From the NCBI GenBank assembly GCA_964355745.1, contig CAYHEN010000001.1, positions 17-64,016 on the forward strand: 64,000 nucleotides of DNA, written 5' to 3'. The stretch comes from Candidatus Woesearchaeota archaeon (GTDB lineage: Archaea > Nanobdellota > Nanobdellia > Pacearchaeales > GW2011-AR1). Position 1 is the first letter of the stretch. Every line of letters begins with the position of its first letter. Below, piece by piece: positions 9,673 through 17,587 of the stretch. A program made the translations under genes and the position numbers. The notes beneath the pieces were generated by a model. That model had not been told where the DNA came from and did not search any database. It worked only from the letters and a program-made list of their open reading frames with translations.

Positions 9673-10720
9673 TTTTTAATATTTTTAAGTTTTGATAAAG
9701 GGACAAAAGAAAATTTCTATTGTTTTCTTTTATATAATGCATTTCTCTCGCATTCATTCTATGAAAAGTTTTGCAAAAACGCAAGTAATATGCGGGATTG
9801 CTTTTTTCTGGCTCGAATCCTTTGTTCCAATCCCCTCCTTCCTGAATATCATTTATAACAATTGTAAAATCTTCAATTCTCCTATTTTCCTGTCTTGCTA
9901 AATTTCTTGCCATAGATAAGGATTTTTCAAATATCATTGGAGACATTATTGCAGAACCCACTGAAATATAAATCCCTTCTTCTAATTTATTTACGCTATC
10001 AGCAAATTTCAGGAAATCTATTTCAGCGCATTTTCCTACTGAAGCACCATCGCTTAAGGGATGAGTATAAATTATATCATAACCAAATCCAGGATGGACT
10101 GTAAATGGAATTTTCATAAATACAGAATCCTGCACAGAATATTTTTTATAAGGATGATTAACTGTAATTTTGCAAGAATCTATGCCTTGTTTCATAAGTT
10201 TTTCTTTTAAGTTCTTGTTCTCATAAACTTCTCCAAGAATAGTTATCTCCTCATCATGAATCATTTCGCATACAGCTTCTCCATATCCTTTTCCTTTTTC
10301 TGCTCCTGAAATTAATGCTAAATTGATATATCGCCCTGTCTCTTCCCATAAACCAAATTGCCCTTCTTTGATATATTCTTCAACATCCTCTTCTGTCTTG
10401 CCTTGAAATGCAAACTCCCAGTCGTGAATAGAACCTGCCCCGTTTGTTGCTAGATGAGTAACAAAATCTTCTTCAATCATTCTCCTCAAAATTAAACCTA
10501 ACCCATTTTTTATCAGATGAGCTCCATAAACCATAATCACTTGTTTATCTCTTTTTCTTGCAACAATAATTTCTCTTGCTATTTTATTTATTAATTTAGA
10601 ATTTTGTGAATGGCAAAAAGGTGAATCATCTGGATTTACTGCTATTTCCTCTATAGAAGATTGATTTTTTCTTAATCCCAAGGGAAGAATTTTTAATTTG
10701 GTTCTGTCAAATAATCCCAT
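9662..10720 (-). CDS. Deoxyhypusine-synthase-like (DS family) protein
   Basis: VYGAHLIKNGLGLILRRMIEEDFVTHLATNGAGSIHDWE parallels the DHS core (..GYTSNLISSG...VDVLVTTAGGVEED). IVINDIQEGGDWNK parallels the DHS C-terminal INTAQEFDGSD segment. Recalled alignment, not a search. Confidence 0.5.
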   Translation of the reverse strand: MGLFDRTKLKILPLGLRKNQSSIEEIAVNPDDSPFCHSQNSKLINKIAREIIVARKRDKQVIMVYGAHLIKNGLGLILRRMIEEDFVTHLATNGAGSIHDWEFAFQGKTEEDVEEYIKEGQFGLWEETGRYINLALISGAEKGKGYGEAVCEMIHDEEITILGEVYENKNLKEKLMKQGIDSCKITVNHPYKKYSVQDSVFMKIPFTVHPGFGYDIIYTHPLSDGASVGKCAEIDFLKFADSVNKLEEGIYISVGSAIMSPMIFEKSLSMARNLARQENRRIEDFTIVINDIQEGGDWNKGFEPEKSNPAYYLRFCKTFHRMNAREMHYIKENNRNFLLSLYQNLKILKNGK

Positions 10721-10723
10721 GTT

Positions 10724-12133
10724 TTATTCTTCAGATTTGGAATTTTTTATTTTTTTAATTGTGTCTGTTGTTGACAATTCTGAAAGCCCCTTAGGAAGAT
10801 ATATTTCCCCGTTGTAACTTTCTACAATTCTTCTTTCTTCCTGATTTATCGTATCTATCGTATAATCTCCTGATTTAAGATAGACATGGGGTTGTAATCT
10901 TTTTAGATATTCTGCTGCTTTCCCAAAAGGAAATATTGTTACATAATCCACAAAGCCCATTCCAGATAAAATTTCTGCTCTCTGTTCTTCATTATAAACA
11001 GGCCTCCCAGGACCTTTTAGTTTTCTAACAGATTCATCTGAATCCAAACCAACAATTAAAACATCCCCCCTTTTTCTGGCCTGTTCAAGAGAATATTTAT
11101 GTCCTGCATGAAATAAATCGAAACATCCATTTGTCCAAACAATTCTTCTCTGTTCTCTCTTTAATTCTCTCACTATCTCAGATAATTCATCAAGAGTTTT
11201 TAGTTTTCTTTCTTCTCCAGAAATTGCTTTTTCTAATTCCCATAATTTAACCTGGTAAGTCCCAACCTTACTCACTGAAATTCCTGCTGCATGATTTGCC
11301 AGAATTACTGCCTCTTCAAGAGAAGCTCCTGAAGCTAAAGATAAACAAATTGCTGCATTTGCAGTATCTCCTGCTCCTGCAACATCGTATACCTCTCTTG
11401 AAGATGTAGGTATCTCAACTTCATTATCTGAAAATAATGCCATTCCCTTTTCTCCGCGAGTAATAAGAACATTACAATTCAACATTTTTTGTAAATCTCT
11501 TCCTGCAGAATGAATCTCTCTCTGATTAGACATCTCTAAGGCTTCTTTTTCATTTGGAGTAATTAAAAAAGAATTTTTGTAGAAAGATATATTCTGTGGT
11601 TTAGGATCAACTACAATTTTTTTTCCAAGAGAGTTTAAAAAATCCATCAAATCTCCTGTTATTGTTCCTTTCGCATAATCTGAAATTAATATTAAATCTG
11701 AATTTCCAATTTCTCTTTTCATTGTTTCTAAAGTATCAGGACTAAAAATTTTTAGAGAATTCTCTTCATAATCTATTCTTAAAAGTTGCTGATTTCTACT
11801 CCTCACCCTTATTTTTAAGGTAGTAAGAGCATTCTTATCCAAAAAATATTCTATTCCTCTCTTTCCTAATATTTCTGATAGAACATTTGCATTATTATCT
11901 CTTCCAGCAAACCCAAACAAAGAAACATTTCCTCCAAGTGAGGCAAGATTTGCTGCAGTATTTGCTGCTCCTCCAGGCTCATAAAGTTCCTCTTTAACAT
12001 TAACTATCTGGATTGGCGCTTCAGGGGAGATTCTTGAAACCTCGCCTATAATGGTCTTGTCAAGCATAACATCTCCAATAACAGTTATCTTTCTCTTAGA
12101 AAAGCCCTTTAAGATTTCTAATAACCTTTCCAT
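10724..12133 (-). CDS. hldE: Bifunctional heptose-7-phosphate kinase / heptose-1-phosphate adenylyltransferase HldE (RfaE)
   Basis: N-domain: GDVMLDKTIIGEVSRISPEAPIQIV...GGAANTAANLASLG...DVAGAGDT (PfkB kinase, nearly identical signature to E. coli HldE). C-domain: VWTNGCFDLFHAGH...GLDSDESVRKLKG (cytidylyltransferase-like). Confidence 0.85.
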   Translation of the reverse strand: MERLLEILKGFSKRKITVIGDVMLDKTIIGEVSRISPEAPIQIVNVKEELYEPGGAANTAANLASLGGNVSLFGFAGRDNNANVLSEILGKRGIEYFLDKNALTTLKIRVRSRNQQLLRIDYEENSLKIFSPDTLETMKREIGNSDLILISDYAKGTITGDLMDFLNSLGKKIVVDPKPQNISFYKNSFLITPNEKEALEMSNQREIHSAGRDLQKMLNCNVLITRGEKGMALFSDNEVEIPTSSREVYDVAGAGDTANAAICLSLASGASLEEAVILANHAAGISVSKVGTYQVKLWELEKAISGEERKLKTLDELSEIVRELKREQRRIVWTNGCFDLFHAGHKYSLEQARKRGDVLIVGLDSDESVRKLKGPGRPVYNEEQRAEILSGMGFVDYVTIFPFGKAAEYLKRLQPHVYLKSGDYTIDTINQEERRIVESYNGEIYLPKGLSELSTTDTIKKIKNSKSEE

Positions 12134-12204
12134 TAATTTTTCTACAAAATCCAGTATAAAAAGATTATTATCTAAAGATATATATTTGAGATTATTTTGT
12201 AGTT

Positions 12205-13593
12205 TTAATCAAGGAAAGAGGACAAAGCCTCCTCATATAACCCTTCCACATAATCCAATTGTTCAAGTTCTTCTAAAGAAACCCACCTAAACTCTTCTGC
12301 TTCTTCATTTATCTTTACATCTCCTTTTTTTACATTTACAAGATAACATTTTCCTAATACCCTTTCCCCATTTTCCCAAGAATAAGAATAATCTGAAATC
12401 TTTTTTATTATTTGATTAAGTTCAAGATTAGTTTCTTCTTTTATCTCTCTTCTTAATGCTTCTTCAAGGGTCTCATTGTCTTCTACAACTCCTCCAGGAA
12501 AAGCCCATTTCTTCTTATGAATCCCTTCGTTTCTTTTAACTATCAAAATTTTTTCATTATCTTTTATAATAGCATTAACAACTCTCTTTGTCTTTTGAGA
12601 ATTTTCCAAGGCATTTAAAACTTCATCAGCAGAAATACTCTTTACCAATTCCTTGTCATATTCGTTCATTTTTTCTGGAAAAAAATCATATAATCTTGGG
12701 GAAATTATTTTTTTTAATAATCCATAATCCTCAATTTCATTTGGAGATGTGCAAAAAAATAATCCTATTGTTGGTTTTTTAAGAGCTAAGGAAACATGCA
12801 AAGAAGTACTATCTGAACAAACCATTTTGGTACATAAATTTACTAATGACGCAAATTCTTTCAAAGTATTATTAGGATTATTTCTATAAACTTTAATTCC
12901 TTTTTCTTCTAAGTCCTTGGAGAATTTCTCATGTATATCTATTTCATCCGGCCCCCCAAACAATAATATTTCACATCCTCTTTGTTTAGCCTTCTCAATA
13001 AATTCTTTAATATTTTCTAAATCCCATACTTTAGAAGGCCATCTAGTAGAAGCACCCATATGTATTCCTATTAATTTTTTTGTATTAATGTTATTTTTAT
13101 TTACAAAATCTTCTGCATATTTTATATTCCTTTCAGTTAAATAAAGGGGGTGATGTTGTTTTTTATAAGGAAGTTCTGCTGCTTCAAACATCATTTGCTG
13201 ATAAGTTTTGGTATTTATTTTTTTTAATTTATCATCAAAAAGAGTATTAAGATAATATTCTGCAGGAAAATTAAATGCGGCCGGATATCCCCCTTCTGAA
13301 AAAAATCCATATTTTTCTTTTGCTTTTATCTCCTCTGCTAATTTTGTTGCATCTTCTTCTATATCAAAATTTAATAAAATATCAAATTCTTCTAAAAATT
13401 CTTTTAAATTAAGGGGAATTGTTAAAATTTTGTTTATATAAGGACTCATTTCTAAAATTTCTCTAGATGGGGGTTTTGTAATCCAACTTATCTCAGAATC
13501 AGAATATTTCTCTTTTATCGCTATTAATGAAGGAAGTGTTCTGATTACATCTCCTTTTGCTCCAAGTTTTATTACCAATATCTTCTTTACCAC
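12205..13593 (-). CDS. GT9 heptosyltransferase fused to a C-terminal NUDIX hydrolase domain
   Basis: N-terminus KILVIKLGAKGDVIRTLPSLIAIK matches the GT9 (ADP-heptose:LPS heptosyltransferase) start. C-terminal ~130 aa has the NUDIX box GGVVEDNETLEEALRREIKEETNL. Confidence 0.7.
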   Translation of the reverse strand: MVKKILVIKLGAKGDVIRTLPSLIAIKEKYSDSEISWITKPPSREILEMSPYINKILTIPLNLKEFLEEFDILLNFDIEEDATKLAEEIKAKEKYGFFSEGGYPAAFNFPAEYYLNTLFDDKLKKINTKTYQQMMFEAAELPYKKQHHPLYLTERNIKYAEDFVNKNNINTKKLIGIHMGASTRWPSKVWDLENIKEFIEKAKQRGCEILLFGGPDEIDIHEKFSKDLEEKGIKVYRNNPNNTLKEFASLVNLCTKMVCSDSTSLHVSLALKKPTIGLFFCTSPNEIEDYGLLKKIISPRLYDFFPEKMNEYDKELVKSISADEVLNALENSQKTKRVVNAIIKDNEKILIVKRNEGIHKKKWAFPGGVVEDNETLEEALRREIKEETNLELNQIIKKISDYSYSWENGERVLGKCYLVNVKKGDVKINEEAEEFRWVSLEELEQLDYVEGLYEEALSSFLD

Positions 13594-13655
13594 AGTTAAA
13601 TTTAAAACTAAAAAGCCTATTTAAAATCTATTAAGATAAATTATATAAAAATGAT

Positions 13656-14075
13656 ATGAAAGTTTATATTGCCGGAAAATTAGGAACAGAAAGTGAGAAG
13701 AAACAGCTGGAAGAAATAGCAGAGATATGCAATTCTCTTGATATTAAAACTTTTTTGCCTCATAAAGATATAGGAATTTGCAAGGATGTTAAAGATGTGG
13801 GTGATATATTTAAAGGAGATATAATCGAAGGACTCAGAAATTGTGATTTAGTAATCGCCTTGCTTGATGGACTTCATGTTGGGGCAGGAACTGCTTGGGA
13901 ACTCGGTTATGCTTATGCTAAAGGAATTCCTACTATTGGCGTAAAGACAGACGAAGAAATTGAAGATGCAATTGAATATTTAAGTGCAATTTTAATAGCA
14001 TCAACACCAATTGTTAAATCTTTGAATGAATTAAAGGAAAAATTAAAAGAATTCAAAAATAAAAAATTAATCTAA
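13656..14075 (+). CDS. Nucleoside 2-deoxyribosyltransferase-like (NDT/LOG-like fold) protein
   Basis: MKVYIAGKLG...DLVIALLDGLHVGAGTAWELGYAYAKGIPTIG resembles the Nuc_deoxyrib_tr family. Confidence 0.45.
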   Translation: MKVYIAGKLGTESEKKQLEEIAEICNSLDIKTFLPHKDIGICKDVKDVGDIFKGDIIEGLRNCDLVIALLDGLHVGAGTAWELGYAYAKGIPTIGVKTDEEIEDAIEYLSAILIASTPIVKSLNELKEKLKEFKNKKLI

Positions 14076-14990
14076 TGGGCTAGTTGATTTTATTTCTATT
14101 TCTCTCCAACCATCAGAATACACTTTTTCATCATTCATATCTTTAAACGCTTTATTATAAATTTTATATCTTGCTTTTAAAAGATTTAATGTCCATGAGA
14201 ATTCTTTAAAATTTTTAGGATAAAAGATAGTATGAAAAAAACCATATTTAATTTCATTCCAAAAAGTTTTTGTTCTTGGCATTTCTGGAAATAATTTGCT
14301 GAGATTCTCGTGTCCTTTTATATTTCTTAATTTCTGATTTTCCCAATCTTTTATATTATCTGGATTTTTTACATAAACTTCTACATTAGAAAGATACTTT
14401 ATTTTGTATCCTTTTTGCCAGAATAAATATGGGATTACAGAATCTTCTGAAACATCAAGCGGAAAATCCTGGATTACTCCTTTGCGTATTGCAAATAAAT
14501 ATCCAGAACATTCAAAGAATTTTTTCTCATTAGATAATTTTTCCCTAATCCTATGAATTCCTGAAAGTAATAAATGGGACCAATAACCAAATTGAGTATT
14601 TCTCTTATCAACAGGAATTGGTTTTCCTGTGACACAACCGATTTCTTTGTTTTTGAAAGCAGTTGAAATTTCATTAATCGCATTATCTGAAACATAAACA
14701 TCTCCGTCTGTAAGAATGAATATATCTTCTTTCTTATCTGATTTCAATTTTTTAAACAATAGATTAAGAGCATAACTTTTTCCCTCTCCAGGATCCAGAA
14801 AAAATCCTACTCTTTTATCTTTTATTTCTTTTTTTATAAACTCCCTAACCTCTTCAAATGGATCGCAGATAATTATTCTAAACTCTTCTTGTGTATTTTG
14901 ATTTAAGAAAGCGTTAACTGCTCTTAAAGTGGATTTGGGTTCATTATAAGAGGTTACGATTATATCTATCATTTTATTAAACAGAATCAA
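14067..14990 (-). CDS. Glycosyltransferase family 2
   Basis: MIDIIVTSYNE start, and an ILTDGD DxD motif. GT-A fold. Confidence 0.7.
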   Translation of the reverse strand: MILFNKMIDIIVTSYNEPKSTLRAVNAFLNQNTQEEFRIIICDPFEEVREFIKKEIKDKRVGFFLDPGEGKSYALNLLFKKLKSDKKEDIFILTDGDVYVSDNAINEISTAFKNKEIGCVTGKPIPVDKRNTQFGYWSHLLLSGIHRIREKLSNEKKFFECSGYLFAIRKGVIQDFPLDVSEDSVIPYLFWQKGYKIKYLSNVEVYVKNPDNIKDWENQKLRNIKGHENLSKLFPEMPRTKTFWNEIKYGFFHTIFYPKNFKEFSWTLNLLKARYKIYNKAFKDMNDEKVYSDGWREIEIKSTSPLD

Positions 14991-15171
14991 AGGGGTAATC
15001 TTCTGGACGTATGAGGACTATTTTCTCTTGTTTTGGAGAAAGTGCAACAATTCTTACTTTTCTCATACCATGTTTTCCTATATCAGATATTTCTAGTTCT
15101 TCTATAGTATATTGTTGGCTTGCTAAAATTATTTTGTCTCCCTTTTTTAACTGCCTTGCGGGTTTTTTCAT
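14977..15171 (-). CDS. Truncated aIF5A-like protein (SH3/KOW N-domain only, hypusine-site loop GKHG retained)
   Basis: LKKGDKIILASQQYTIEELEISDIGKHGMRKVRIVA matches the aIF5A N-domain pattern (..vIDGePCrIVEIekSKtGKHGsAKaRIva). The protein stops after 64 aa, so the C-terminal OB domain is absent. Confidence 0.45.
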   Translation of the reverse strand: MKKPARQLKKGDKIILASQQYTIEELEISDIGKHGMRKVRIVALSPKQEKIVLIRPEDYPFDSV

Positions 15172-15221
15172 AAAATAATCCCATAAAACAAATTTATAAA
15201 GATTACCTAAATCAAATAGTT

Positions 15222-15935
15222 ATGAAACATGCTTTAGTATTATGCTCTGGAGGATTGGACAGTGTTGTAACTGCACATTATGTAAAAAAAAGATTAAATT
15301 GCTCAGATGTTAAGATAATTTTTTTTAATTATAATCAAAAGAGCCTTGTTCAGGAAAGAAATTGCTCTAAAAAATGTGCCAAAGAGATTTCTGCAGAATT
15401 TATTGAAATAGATGTAAGATGGCTGGGAAATATTACAAGAAATTTGGGTAATAAGCCAAAAAAAATTACGAGAAAAAAATTAAAAGATAGTTCTGAAGAG
15501 TCTAAGAAGTTATATGTCCCATGCAGGAATATTATCTTTCTTGTTTATTCTCTCGCATTTGCAGAGTCTTTATATATTAAAAGGAAGAAAAAGTATGACT
15601 TATTTGTAGGATTCAAGAACGAAGGAAAAGAAGCATATCCAGATACAACCCCTAAGTTTGTAAATGAAATGAATAGATTAAGCAAAATAGGTTGCTATAA
15701 AGATTTTCAAATTAAAGCCCCATTAATAAAAAAAGACAAAGAAGATATTATAAGACTTGGAGCCCAACTCAGAGTTAATCTAAAAAATACATTCAGCTGT
15801 TATAACAGCATTGGGGGGAAGCATTGTGGTTACTGCTTATCCTGCAGATTAAGGCAGGAGGGGTTTTATTGGGCAGATATAAAAGACCCTACACACTATA
15901 AGGTAAAAATGAAAGATTTTAGAAAATCTAATTAA
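15222..15935 (+). CDS. queC: 7-cyano-7-deazaguanine synthase QueC (PP-loop ATPase)
   Basis: ALVLCSGGLDS PP-loop, and a C-terminal Zn-binding CYNSIGGKHCGYCLSCRLR cluster. Confidence 0.8.
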   Translation: MKHALVLCSGGLDSVVTAHYVKKRLNCSDVKIIFFNYNQKSLVQERNCSKKCAKEISAEFIEIDVRWLGNITRNLGNKPKKITRKKLKDSSEESKKLYVPCRNIIFLVYSLAFAESLYIKRKKKYDLFVGFKNEGKEAYPDTTPKFVNEMNRLSKIGCYKDFQIKAPLIKKDKEDIIRLGAQLRVNLKNTFSCYNSIGGKHCGYCLSCRLRQEGFYWADIKDPTHYKVKMKDFRKSN

Positions 15936-17470
15936 ACTCTGTATCTAATCTTATCATACCATATTTTGAAATTTACAGGGGTGGAATGATAGAGGGGTTT
16001 TAGTATTTTTTCTCTTAATAAATCCATTATCTCAACGAATTTTAAGGCTATTTTAGTCATAAAAGGATTTTTTATATTCTTCTCAACTCTCTTGGAAAAT
16101 AAGAGCCAATTAATTAAAAAAGAAGGCATAAATCCAAATCTTTTTTCTGTAACAGAACCTCTCATTAAATTCAGAATTAAAACAAGATATGCATTTTTCT
16201 CTTTTAATTTAATATGCTTTGCTCTATCCCAGTAATTTAATTTGTAAGCAGCATCTTTTTCTGATTTTATTGTTCCATCTGTAACTGCTCTTCTGTATAA
16301 CTGCGAGCCAGGGAAAAAAACAAGGTTGTTTATAGAAAGATAATAGGGTTTGGGAAGTTTTTGCAAAAGACGGATCAGGCTGATTACATCTTCTTGTTTT
16401 TCATATGGATTGCAAGTAATAACATCGTACATCACTGCTAATTTTTCTTTGTATTTGTTTAATATTTCGGCTGCTTTCAAGACATCATTATCTGTCTGAT
16501 TTCTATGATATATATCTAAATTTGTTCTCTCGCTTCCCTGTATCCCTATAATGATATCTGTGCATCCTGCATCAACTAGTAATTTTATTTTTTCATCAGA
16601 AACTGTATGGGGGTCTGCCAAACATTTGAATCTCATCTTGACATTTTCTTTGTAAAGTCTGCAGAATTTTTTTATGTCTTCTAAAGCCCTTAAAGAAAAG
16701 GTATCATCTCTTATATCAAAATAACCAAGCGTTGTAGGGAATTTTTTTTTCAATTCTAGAATTCCTTTTATGATATATTCTGGAGAATGCCACCTTAAAA
16801 TAGATTTTCTCTTCCCTTCATAGAGCTTGTTGAAAAAGGAATTGCTGCAATAGTCACATCCATAAGGACAGCCTCTTCCTGTTAAAAAAAAGATTTGTCC
16901 TGCTAAATCATACTCTCTGAACTTTCTTATTCTTCCCTTATCAAGAATATAATGATTTTCTATATCATAATCTGGAAGAGGCAGAGAATCTAAGTCATTT
17001 ATAAGATTCCTAACAGGGTTTTTTATTATTTTATCACTTTTTCTTATCCAAAGATTTTTTATTTTTTCGAAGTTTTTTATTTTTTCTACGGCTTTTGCTA
17101 AATCTACTATTGCTTCTTCCCCTTCTCCAACACAAACAATATCTGCAACCTTTATACAATCTTCTGGCGAGATTGTCGCATGAACGCCCCCATATATTAT
17201 TGGAACATCTAAATTTTTTTTCAAAAAAGAAATTATTCTTGAAGCTCTTTGCGATGTTGAAGCGAAAGAGTTTATTCCAATCAATCTGCTATCCTTACAA
17301 AGTCCCAATAACTGAATCAATTCTGAAGAAGTGTAATTCTTTGAGTAATCTTCGCTAAGAGCCATAAAAACAATTTTAACTTCATGCCCTTCTTTTTTTA
17401 AAACACTTGATATTGTTCTTATTCCCTGATCAGAAGGAAAAGTCGAAGTGGATATGAGCGTTATCTTCAT
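15932..17470 (-). CDS. B12-binding-domain radical SAM protein
   Basis: B12-like N-domain plus GRGCPYGCDYCSN. About 50-55% identical over the N-terminal half to 39697-41241 (same motifs: VCVGEGEEAI, GRGCPYGCDYCSN). Confidence 0.8.
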   Translation of the reverse strand: MKITLISTSTFPSDQGIRTISSVLKKEGHEVKIVFMALSEDYSKNYTSSELIQLLGLCKDSRLIGINSFASTSQRASRIISFLKKNLDVPIIYGGVHATISPEDCIKVADIVCVGEGEEAIVDLAKAVEKIKNFEKIKNLWIRKSDKIIKNPVRNLINDLDSLPLPDYDIENHYILDKGRIRKFREYDLAGQIFFLTGRGCPYGCDYCSNSFFNKLYEGKRKSILRWHSPEYIIKGILELKKKFPTTLGYFDIRDDTFSLRALEDIKKFCRLYKENVKMRFKCLADPHTVSDEKIKLLVDAGCTDIIIGIQGSERTNLDIYHRNQTDNDVLKAAEILNKYKEKLAVMYDVITCNPYEKQEDVISLIRLLQKLPKPYYLSINNLVFFPGSQLYRRAVTDGTIKSEKDAAYKLNYWDRAKHIKLKEKNAYLVLILNLMRGSVTEKRFGFMPSFLINWLLFSKRVEKNIKNPFMTKIALKFVEIMDLLREKILKPLYHSTPVNFKIWYDKIRYRV

Positions 17471-17546
17471 AAAAAACCTTAGAGAAAACTATTTTTAAGG
17501 CTTATGTAACTCAATTCAATGTATATTTTGAAAGAATATAGTTTTC

Positions 17547-17556
17547 TTATATAAAT
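17547..17556 (+). promoter_or_regulatory. TATA box (TTATATAAA) upstream of the NTase-GT4 fusion gene, with GAGGGAAG RBS-like element 8 nt before the ATG
   Basis: A/T-rich TATA consensus ~36 nt upstream of ATG 17588. Purine-rich GAGGGAAG at 17573-17580. Confidence 0.3.
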
Positions 17557-17587
17557 GCTTTAAAGACTGAAAAGAGGGAAGTAGATA

